Below, one piece after another: positions 1 to 11,700 of a stretch of DNA of 64,000 nucleotides (position 1 is the stretch's first letter; each line of letters begins with the position of its first letter). The notes beneath the pieces were generated by a model. It was not told the DNA's origin. It worked only from the letters and a program-made list of their open reading frames with translations, and made no database searches. The stretch comes from Octopus sinensis (taxonomy: Eukaryota), in contig NC_042998.1 of assembly GCF_006345805.1 (NCBI RefSeq), forward strand, positions 175,894,001 to 175,958,000, given 5' to 3'. The translations under genes and the position numbers were made by a program.

Positions 1-150
1 GTCATTGCCTTGGTAAGGCCCAATGTTTGATGGTCGTGCTTCACCACCTCATCTCAGATTTTCCCGGGTCTACTTCTTCGACAGGTTCCCTCAACTGCTA
101 GTGTGTGACACTTTTTCACACAGCTGTCCTCATTCATTCGATGTACTTTG
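1..150 (-). mobile_element. RTE-clade LINE 3' ORF fragment
   Basis: Near-copy of 2030-2150; the minus strand encodes KKCHTLAVEG...GRP.K.W-like RT C-terminus. Confidence 0.65.
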
Positions 151-279
151 TATCAAATTTTTCAGTATTCTAAAATGTCAAATGATATTACATACTCATA
201 TGAATTTGGAAATTTCAAACTTATAATTCCTTTTTACAGAATAATGAAACTGAATTAATTACTAATATTAACCCCTCAA

Positions 280-1076
280 AGATGGACATATTGAAGGAGT
301 ATTCATGAGTTCAAAAAGGGAAACAGTGCAGCAGAAGCAACCTGAAATATCCATTCTGTTTATAGAAAGAGTGCTTGAACAAAATAAGTTGCAGAAAATG
401 ATTTCCAAAGTTCAAAAATGGTGATTTCAGCCTAAAAGAGATGCCGTGATTTTGTTGAATTTGATGAGCTTTTGTCACAGTTTGAAAAAGATAATGCTGT
501 ATCAGTTGAAGAATCGGCAAGCAAGCTTAATTCAAGCTATTCAACTGTTCACTGCCATCTTCAACAGCTTGGAAAATAAGTTCTTCATTATTTGACAGAA
601 GCCAACCAAAAATCACGAGTGACTGATAATGAAAAATGGATTTTTTATGAAAATGTTAAGTGACGCAAACAGTAGTTTAGGTGTGGAGAACAGCCTAAAC
701 CACAATCCCAAAAGGGTCTCCATGCAAAAAAGGTTCTTTCTATTTGATGGCGTTGCATTGGAGTCATCCACTTTGAGCAGCTACCAGCTAATGCAACTAT
801 TATTGCTCACACCTTTTGCCAACAGAGTGTTTGGATGTTGCTTTGAAGTAAAAAAGGCTGGTTTTGGCAAATCATAAGGGAGTTATGTTTCATGATAAAA
901 CAAGGCCCCACACTGCAAAGATCATTTAGATGGATTAGCTCTCAAAAGCCCCAAACAGGTTAAAACTGACCTCTCTTTCTTTTTTCTCATCAAAACCAAA
1001 GAAGTTTTTCACCAATGGAATTAAATCACTTTTTCCTTACCAAAATTAAGACATTATTTATGGGATGACCTGATAT
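280..1076 (+). mobile_element. Decayed mariner (Tc1/mariner) transposon
   Basis: Broken frames read EFKKGNSAAEAT*NIHSVY, VTDNEKWIFYENVK, LHAKKV..I*W..IGVIHFE and FHDKTRPHTAK, all mariner transposase motifs. A TIR-like end ATTATTTATGGGATGACCTGATA lies at about 1054-1076. Confidence 0.85.
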
Positions 1077-1512
1077 TTAAACTATAGGGGAAAAAAATCT
1101 CATTGTTTTAGTGTACTTTCGATTGTTTCAAGGTTTTTATTTTTTACTTGAGATTGTAGCTCATTTGCCTTTGAAAGGTGTCTTACAATATGGATGTTGC
1201 ATACTGGTGCTTGAGCAGTTGACATATCTCCTTGCTTGGATAGAAATTCCAGTCCAAAGCAGCAGATGCTTTTCTCATTTTATGGTAGTATTTGAACTTA
1301 GCTTTACCAATTACAGTAGCTTCTTCTGCGTGCAGCCGTAAACTGTCTCCCTAGAGTACCTATTTCAGAACAGGGCAATTGAGAGTTAAGTGTCATTACC
1401 AAGGTCATAAACACCATTCTGGGATGCAGATTATGGTTAGTAGACACATTTTATATAGTATCAGCAATACTAGTGCTACTATTACTAATTAAAGGTACAA
1501 GTTTCAGAAAAT

Positions 1513-2208
1513 CATCATCATCTAACATCTGCTTTCCATACTGGCATGGGTTGGATGGTTTGACTAAGGACTAGCAAGCTACAAGGTTGTACCAGGCTCC
1601 AATCAGATCTAGCAAGGTTTCTACAGCAGGATGCCCTTCCTAATGCCTACCACTCAGAGTGTAGAGGGTGCTTTTTACATACCACCAGCATGAGGGCCAG
1701 TCAGATGGTACTGGCATCAACCACATGCTTTTTGTGTATCACCAGCATGGGAATCAGTCAGGCGGCACTGGCAATGCTTTTTATGTGCCATCAGCACAGG
1801 AGCCAGTCAGGCGGCACTGGCAACGACCATGCTCGAATGGTGCTTTTTATTACCACTGGCCACGACAGTGATTTCACTTGACTTAACAGGTCTTCTCAAG
1901 CACAGTTTATTGCTCAATGATTGAAGGGCCAGTTATGCTACACTGGCATAGGCCAGTTATGGTCTCACTTGACTTGCTGGATCTTCTCAAGCACAGCATA
2001 TTTCCAAATGTCTCAGTCGCTTCTCATTTGCCTCAGTGAGGCCCAATGTTTGAATGTTGTGCTTCCCCACCTCATCCCAGGTCTTCGTGGGTCTACCTTT
2101 TTCATAGGTTCCCTCTACTGCTAGGGTGTGACACTTTTTCAATCCATACGTAACACATGACCATACCAGCACAGTCGTCTCTCTTGCACACCACATCTGA
2201 TGCTTCTT
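1513..2208 (-). mobile_element. RTE-clade LINE 3' end (ORF tail, 3' UTR and (ATG)n tail)
   Basis: ORF 1987-2226 contains KCHTLAVEGTYEKGRPTKTWDEV; the 3' UTR resembles the tail at 14150-14197; CATCAT tail at about 1513. Confidence 0.75.
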
Positions 2209-2277
2209 AACAACAAAATTTAACAACTTGAAACAAGTTAAAAAAAGAATGTATTTTATGTTATTTTATGATTTCAA

Positions 2278-2732
2278 TTAATGTAAAGTGAAGCCTAATA
2301 CTTCTTTTACAGTCTTCATTGTGTTTTCTGAAATGTTTGTGGCTTTTTCTTTACCAGTTTCTAAAACCTGAATAAGATAATCTTTATTAGCTTTTAATTC
2401 TTTTATGCATGAACTGATAGGTGTTACTGTTTCAATAATAGCTTCAGCCACTACCTTTTTATATTGTCCTGTGTCTAAATGAGTGTATTCTTTACATAGC
2501 TGTTCAGGTGTGAGGTCAGTCAAGTTGCTATGGATACTGATTAAATTAGAGACTCCTGGTCGGTTGGCAGGGTCATATGTGACTGCTGAAGTAGAGTCTG
2601 TTCGAGCTTTTTTTATTTTTAAAAATATTTCATCAGCACTGTCTGTTAAGTCAATCCGGCTTAGTTTATTATTGTCTGATTTACTCATTTTATCTTCAGG
2701 ATTTTGCAAACTCAGCACTTTGGGCAACTCGC
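2278..2732 (-). CDS. WARS2: WARS2 exon 7 (terminal coding exon)
   Basis: Acceptor TTTATTTTAG; encodes (G)[19 protein letters not shown]...[12 protein letters not shown]...[10 protein letters not shown]; stop TAA at 2280-2278. Confidence 0.97.
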
Positions 2733-5700
2733 CTAAAATAAAAAAAAAAAAAAGAGCAAAGAGTAAGTTATCAAAAATACTCTCAGGCTATAAAAAGACA
2801 AATACAGAAGATCTATAGTGATGGGGAAATTATGAGTTCACTATAAACTGCTGGGATATATAGAAGAAAGGTTGGGTTGTAAGTGAAAGGAAGTGACTTG
2901 GTATCAAACTCATCATCATCATTTAACATCCGTTTTCCATGCTAGCATGGGTTGGATGGTTCGACTGGGGTCTGGGAAGTCAGGAGGCTGCGCCAGGCTC
3001 CCGTCTGATCTGGCAGTGTTTCTACAGCTGGATGCCCTCCCTAATGCCAACCACTCCATGAGTGTAGCGGGTATTTTTTACGTGCCAGGCGAGGCTGGCA
3101 AACGGCCACGATCGGTTGGTGCTTTTTACGAGTCACCGACACAGACGCCAGTCAGGCAGTGCTGGCATCCACTACGTTCGGATGGTGCTTTTTACGTGCC
3201 ATCGGCATGGGTATCATAACTACAATTTGCATTCGATTTTTATTTATATATATATATGTAAGAGACATTTATATTTTGGTTTGGACATATAAAAATGAAC
3301 GGATGACAATGGAAAGAGTGCCTTGAATTGGTGGTAGAACTTGTGCACTGAACTGAAGATATTGGACCTCACAGAGCTGAAAGAAAGTATTGCTAGCCTA
3401 TGCATGCCATATCTGTGCAAGAAATAAAATGTTAATGGTCACGGTTGAAAGCTCTTTTTGCAAGAATTGTTGGAACAAGTTATTCTACAGCTGGTTACTA
3501 CTTCTTGATAGTCTTCACACTTCTATGATATTGGTATGATTACATATTTACTTGTAGGTCAAACATAAGACAGTTGTGGGTATTATTTCTAAGCATTAAG
3601 GTTGAAACAATTCCAGTATCTGACCTGGTTAAATCTATTGCTAGATAGATGAAAGAAATAATCATTTCAATAGAATCATCCTATTTTGTTACCTGTAAAT
3701 AGTGACCATGCAGAGCTAGAGCTTGTTATTTGTAAACATTGAGGACAATGTATAATTGAGAAATATCTTGTCAGCCTGTGGTGCAGGGTTCAAATCCTTC
3801 CATGAAGTCAGGTAAGGTTAAGCTATTGTTACTGAGATAAAGTACTGAGTGATTAACATAAGAGCTGATCATGTTGGGTGGGAAATTGGTAAATATATGA
3901 CAATTTTATAATAAAATAGTATGAAAAACATATTAGAAAATATAAATAAATTCTTCAAGTTACCTGTAAGAATATTTGGTTTCACAAAAATATTGCCATA
4001 TTTACGATTGAATTGTTTAACAAGATCTCTGGCTAGTTCAATGTGTTTTACTTGATCTTCTCCAACAGGAACCAGTTGGGATCTGAAAATGAGGGAGGTA
4101 AGACATGAAGTAGCAAAATTTAAACATTCAGCTGCTAAGATTTTTAATAATACTATTGTTTGAGTAGCTTCACTCAGCTTTAGTGAAGCATACCAATGAA
4201 GAAAACAGTAAATTAGATTTATTTTGTGTTTGTCTAGCTCTGCCTACCCCAGTCATTACTGTGGAAGATTTAGGGATTTCTATTATTAGTCCCTATTTTA
4301 AACAATTTAAAGAGTTTTTTTTGCTACGTAGTTTGGTTTGGTGACAGAGTGATGACATGTTGGAAGAAACAAAAGCTTTCAGAATTGACTATCATTTCTC
4401 TTCTACCCATATTTTCCTGGCAGCTGTTCAGGCTGACCATCAGTCACATAGGAGGACCTACCCTTAAATTATATATATATAAAAAAAAACACAAAGAACG
4501 TGACTAATACTCTACACATTTTGTGTATTTAAGGAGGTGTTTAGTGAAAGAGAAAGTAGATCCTTTATGAACTAGAGTTTGGATAATTAGAGTCTAATTT
4601 GAGTAGTTGTTAGATTAACACTCTTTGGAAAACAGGAATAGGAGAGATTTTTGTGACACAAGAAGAAAGGTTTAGGTAGAACATTTAACATGAAATTTAT
4701 GTGCAGGATGCAAATGTTTATGCAAAACTAATCTGGAGGAACCAATATAAAATATTAAACTTAACCAATGAGAAATACTTTCACTTACTTATAAAGAAGA
4801 ATATCTGCAGCTTGTAACAGAGGGTAACTGAACAATCCAACAGAAACTGTCTCCTCATTTTTAGATTTCAGCTGAAACACCAATATACAAATATATAACA
4901 ACTGTTTATAAAGAAAATCGAGCATCATTTAGAAACTTCAGGAATTCAAGGTTTTGTATTTTGATCTATTTTTTGCTGTAGTAGGGAATGGAGTCAGTGG
5001 TTCAATATCCATTTGTTCATTTCAGCAGTGCCATGGAAAAAAAGACAATCCAATTGAGTTAAGTTTACAAGAAAATAAAGAGGATCTAACATTTTGTGGG
5101 TAATATTTTCTTGTGATAAAGGTTGGTGATCAGAACTGGTACTTTGGGAGTGACCCAAATATTTGATTAAAGTGGTGCAAATGTTCAAACAAGGTTTGTA
5201 CTACAAACAGCATTTCTCAGTTCTGAAGTGAAGAAGTAGTAAGACTAGTCTTCTCAAAGATTAGCATTTTGCTCTCAGTGCTCCATCAAAGAATATCAAA
5301 AGGGCCTTTTCTCTCTGGCCCACATTCTACCAACTCTGGTGTAACTAAGGGTTTGATTAATCCTACCACACTCTTTCATGTTTACGATATTGACCTCTCT
5401 GATGTTACTGCTAACCAAACACTCAGGCATTATCCTTATGTATTCTACATACAATACACTACAATTGCACAACTTTACGACAGACCCCTGAAAATATTAT
5501 GCAAAGGAGCCATTACAACCTTATAACATTTAACAGCACAAAGGCAGTCACTATATGTATCATTAACATTCATATTTTCACTGTTGATAAACTCAACTAA
5601 AATCTCTATAGTTTTCACATAATCACAAGATCTGAAAATAATAATAATGAGCTTATTGTATGCAGTGCTCAGGTACACTACAATTCATTGGAAAAGAGTA

Positions 5701-8700
5701 AAAGATGATACAAAAAGCAGTGATAAGTAAAGAAAGATAGCAATGATAGTCAGAATTGGTTTTATAGTACATCATCATCAAGACAAACAAAGGAACAGTA
5801 AAAGAGCCATAAAGAGGAAAGGTTGCATAGGTACATCAAGAGTAGTGTTGATGATTTCAGGAAACATGGAATTTTTGAAGAATGCAATGTCCTGATAGCC
5901 AATAATTGATACAAATAATTTATTCCAATCTTTGTCAATTCTAAGTGTGAAAAAATGTTATTGAAAATCATGGGTACTGTGTTGCATTTTGATTTTATAA
6001 GCAAAATCTAGAATTTTATAATTTTCAATAACATCTACATATTTCTGACATAGCCAAAACTGCATCCAAATATTAGACTCTTGTCTCAGAGACTCAAATC
6101 CCTTCAGGTTTAAACAGTTGCTGAACTTCTTGAAAGCATCCATATACTCTATATTAGAGAACTGTTCTCATCTCTGGTATCCCAAAGCTGCCACACACCA
6201 ATGATCTAAACCACATACTAATAAAAGGTCATTTATCAAATTAGTAAACCTTCCCCATCAACATGTTACAACTATAAATTCAGCGATATTTTGTATCCTT
6301 GTATATCCTTTTGGGTCTCTTACTGTTTCTGGTTTAGACACAAAGCTGGCAGTTTTGAGGGGAAGGGATGGTAGTTGTTACCATTGACCCCAGTACTTGA
6401 CTTGTACTGTATTTTATTGATGAATCTTTTACAGTTAATAGAAAGGTTTCTTGCTCCTCTGACCAAAAAAGGTGTGTACCAACTTTAGCCGAGCCCTCCT
6501 GATGTACCAGTCTTTCTAACTTTTATCATTGTTCCTGTATTAAATATCTCATGCAATGCTTCCTTGTCTGAATCTTTTTTGTAACTTCTGTATCAAAAGA
6601 ACTAACCAGCTGAACATCAACCACACCAAATTCACTGGTCTGGTTAATGATGCAAATGTAATGGACACTGTCCTTCATCAATGAGAAGAAACAAACAAAA
6701 AAAAAAACAAGGTAACCATGTGTCTCTTCTACAGCAAGATGCTTGTTTCTGACCCTTTCATGGTTTAGCTTCTCACGACCAAGTACAGGGCTACCTCCCT
6801 CAATACCACTCTCCATCACTGTTGAAAGGGCTCTTTGTCAAGTTACTTGGTGATCTTGCCAGTGCTGGTGTCATCCAATGCACTCGGTAAAGTGGTTGGC
6901 ATTAGGAAGAACATCCAGCTGTGGAAACCATGCCAAAGCAGACAGTAGAGCTTGGTGTAGTCCTTTGGCTTGCCAGCTCTTATCAAAATAGCCAACCCAT
7001 GCCAGCATGGAAAATGGACATTAAATGATGATGACAATGATAATGAAAGCCGGTCCAAAAGCAGGAATTTCACTCAGCTCCAAAAACAAATAACCATTGA
7101 ACCTCTATGGGTGAAAGAGTTGATACCTTTTAGTTTTAATCTCTTTTTCATCGACTTACATTTAACCTCTTGAAGGAAGATCTGAAGAGGAATTAACAGA
7201 TGTTATTGCAAAGAAACCTGATACATTTGAATCCAAAGATCCCTTCCTCAGTTATCTATAAAAAATCCTAATTTTTCTTCTATTTTTTGTACTTAAAAAC
7301 TTGGAAATATAAGAAATCTTACCTTCCACTGTGGTAAATGCTTCAACCGTGGCAGAGAACAGTTACAAGAAAGAATCCAAGCAAGTTCTGTGTGTTGTGG
7401 AATCTTAAATTCAAGAAATTTCACATTAACATTCATTCAAAAAAGAGTTGGTGGTATGTAAAATACTAATAGTCTTAATGACTCATCTCAGACATTTGTT
7501 TAAACGTCTGAGTCGAGTTGTTAATAAGATTATAATTTTTCAGAATGATAATGATGATGATGATGATGAGATTATTGATCTCTTCTTCAGAGACAAGATA
7601 TTTTCTAATCTTTATATCTTAAATACGTATTTGTTGGTTTTTATCTCCAACTGTAATAGTAATATATTTTTCAGCTCTAAAGATGATGAAATCAACAGTC
7701 TGAAAAAAATCCTCAAGAGAATTTAGATTTCAGCTCAGAAGGCACAACAAGATCAAGTCGTATCCAAGTGTGATATATTGGAGAGCTATTAAACTCATGC
7801 TAGTGTTAAAAATAGGATGTAAATTGAATGATGATGAGGACATCAAGAATTATGAACCTAATTTAACAGTCTATATAGCATGGGCATGAAAGAACTGCTT
7901 ATTGTAAGACAAATTTCTCCAGCAGAAAGAATTTTACATAGAATGGTAATTGTTTCACTAAATTCTGCTTATGCTAGACTGCTAGCTTTTCCATCATTGA
8001 TTTGCTCCAGTCACTTACTGTAGTGTATAACACAGGTATTTATTTAGTCAATAAATTTTAACTTTTAAAGGAATCAGACATTGGGCTATGGTGTCATAAA
8101 TGTAGAATTCTCATTACCGAGCTACAAACTTCTGAATTGAGACACATTGTGTCACAGTGTGAAAAGTTTTAGATTTATGACATCATAGCTCAATGTTTGA
8201 TCCTGATAAAACTTCAAATTTATTGTTTAAGTAAATACCAATACTATATTGCAGTGAGTGGCTGAAGTCTGGAGTTTGAACAAACTTCTGATTTGTCACA
8301 GTTGGTGACAACTTGATGATATAGATGAATTCTTGGTTCATTAGCATAAAATTATGCTAACTTAGGATTCTAACTATAATTTTTTTGGTAGCAGTTAAAA
8401 GAAGAGCGGCAATTAAGAGGGGAAAACTTGCAGTTGTAATTGTTTAAGTGTGTAAACTTCCCTTGTAAAAAGAATGACACTTTCATCTGTAATGTCATCA
8501 TTTCAGATCCAGTTGTTGATCTTCTGATTTTTTTATGTGCAGATGGAACACATGAACTTATAAACAAGTTTGGTGCTGTAATGACAACTGCTTAAGATGC
8601 AGGTGTGGCTGTGTGGTTAAGAAACTTGCTGCCAACCAGGCAGTCTTGGGTTCAGTCTCACTGTCTGGCACCTTGGGCTGACAAAAGCCTTATGAATAGA

Positions 8701-11700
8701 TTTGATGGAAAGTGAAAAAAGCCTGTAATATATATATATATACTGCTTCAACAAATTTCGTCCATACAAACATGGAAAAGTAGATGTTGATAATGATGAT
8801 AACCATAAGCTTAAATCTTGCTATAGACATTGGGTCTATTTAACTAAGGAACATCAACTAGTTTATTTCAATAGTTCAGGTTGACAACAGAAAAAGTACT
8901 GAACTGTAAGAGTAATGCTCCACAATAAGCAAATGTCCAAATTTATAAGAACCATCCTACCCATGTTAGGATTAATGTACAAACTTAAAAATAGAAAAAA
9001 ACCCCCTTCAGCTGAGTTAAGTAAAGGTTTCTGAAAAACCTACATAATTTAAGAATTTTCTATAGTGTTCTCTGAACATGTTTGTGAGTTTCTATGGCTT
9101 CACTTATTGTACTGATACTTAATTTTAAATACTAAAACTTCAGTGACTAAAGAAGTCTTCTAAATAAATATAACAACTCACCTGAGATTGCTGGAAAAGA
9201 ATGACTTTTGTAGGGTCTAAACCACAGGCGAGAAGGCAAGCAGTCATGTCTAGAATGTTATTCCTTAAAGAAATTATTGTAAAAAATTAAAATTATAAAT
9301 ATTTAGAGGCTTATTTTAGATGTTAATTGTTTTATTGAGGAACTTTCATTTGTATCAATATTAAATATTTAAACCTAACAATACTATTTACAAAACAGCA
9401 TTTTTAATATTATTAGATTAAAATGATAATGAAAGTTATTTTGATCAGAGACCTTTTGAAATATTGACAGAAATCAACATTTAGAAATATTACATTTCTA
9501 AATCTCTCAGGGAGATTTATACAGTAGTAGCATGATAAAGTGATGGTATGTTGCCAACTTAATGTGGAAGTCCCACAGGGGAAGAATGCTACTGCTATTT
9601 AGCCCAAGGAAACACCGTTTCTATTTGGCCATGACACATTTTCTGTGTCCTTTGAAAACATAAGGACACAGAATATGTGTTGTGGCCAATTGGAAACGGT
9701 GTTTCCTAGGGATGAATAACAGCAGCATTCTTCCCCATCATGGGACTGCCACATCAAGTTGGCAGCATACCATCACTTTAAATCAAAATTTATTTAAGAT
9801 CATAGGTAAAGAATATATAGCTAAATATATGTATTGACTTTGATTTAGAATTATAATGCTTAAATAGATTATAATCTTAAATAAATGTTGATTTAAAGTG
9901 ATGGTATGTTGCCAACTTGATGTGGCAGTCCCATGATGGGGAAGAAAGCTGCTGTTATTTATCCCTAGGAAACACCGTTTCCAATTGGCCACAACACATA
10001 TTCTGTGTCCTTATGTTTTCAAAGGACACAGAAAATGTGTCATGGCCAACTAGAAACGGTGTTTCCTTGGGCTAAATAGCAGTAGCATTCTTCCCCTGTG
10101 GGACTGCCACATTAAGTTGGCAACATACCATCACTTTAAATCAACATTTATTTAAGATCATAGGTAAAGAATATATAGCTAAATCTATGTATTGACTTTG
10201 ATTTAGAATTATAATGCTTAATGCCCTTGAGATAGCCTTGAATATTGCAAATTCTATTTAACTATTTCCTAAAAGTCATAAATTTCATGATGTTTCTCTC
10301 ATGAAAAAGTAGTGTAAAACTTTTGGTTAATACTAGAATTATATATTAAGACAGTGAACCTGCACACAGTATTAATATTAATACAGGTGTTTTATTGTCT
10401 GTGGCCCAAATCCTTAATTCTATATGCTTTAGTGCACATAGCTGGTAGGAACTGGTACATAATATTATTTGCTTGTCATCTTTAATATCTGGTGTGCTTC
10501 ACTAAAGGACTTAACTTTTCCACTCAAAACTATGTGCATAGGGCAAAGCACCTGACCTTATGAAACAATAAAACAGCAGTTCTATTAGTGTTATCTGCAC
10601 CAACTGCAACACTATCACTCATACCACTGCTACCATTATCATCAACATCACCATCAAAATTATATTTAATATATGACAGTATGTAATACAGTAGAGTTTA
10701 CTGTGTAAAGTATGGGCAGTAATGAAATGCCAATAATATTGGTACATAAACTTAATAATAATAATTTTTCCTTTTTAAAGATGAAACATATTTTCATATT
10801 TACATCTACACTAATTGTTCAGTAGTAGTAGACAAGAGCCTTAGTTTAGGAATATCATCATCATCATTTAACATCCGCTTTCCATGCTAACATGGGTTGG
10901 ACGATTTGACTGAGGGCTGGTGAACTAGATGGCTGCACCAGGCTCCAATCTTGATCTGGCAGAGTTTCTACAGCTGGATGCCCTTCCTAACGCCAACCAC
11001 TCCGAGAGTGTAGTGGGTGCTTTTATGTGCCACTGGAATGGGGGCCAGTCAGGCGGTACTGGCAATGACCTCGCTTGAATCTTTTTACAAATGCCACCGG
11101 TACAGGTAATGATCACGCTTGAATGGTGCCATTTACGTGCCACCGGCATGGAAGCCAGTTAGCCGCTCTGGCAATGATCACGCTTGGATGGTGCTCTTAG
11201 AATAAAGGTTCCTAATTCGAATTCAATCCAATACAGTGTAATATATCCGAGAATGAAATAATTATGATAATTACAGATCAAACAGATTAAGATGTAGTGT
11301 GGCTGTAAATATATATATAAAAAAAACAACAACTTATCTAAGACATTGAAGTAATGATTCATTAATTAAGGAAGAAGCTTCATAAAGGTAGGTAAAGTTA
11401 ACTGAAATATTGTATTTGCTTGGGGATAGTGAAATAAAGCATCAGTTAAGTATAACTCAATGGAACATCATCTTTGAACAATCCATATTTATCATCTAAA
11501 TCTTAGGTTATATTAGAATTAAGAAGTTTGGGCGAAGCATTGTGTAATATTAAGTTAGATAAAAACTTGTTAAGACTGAAACTGTGAGAAATGAAATACA
11601 AAAAAGCACCATCTGATCGTGTCCGTTTGCCAGCTTCGTCTGGCACCTGTGCCGGTGGCACGTAAAAGCACCCACTACACTCACAGAGTGGTTGGCGTTA

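Noticed and set aside
5269-6819. Short ORFs in WARS2 intron 4 (for example [14 protein letters not shown]..., [11 protein letters not shown]...) as a nested gene
   Set aside because: No recognisable motif and no consistent splice chain; possibly very old TE debris.
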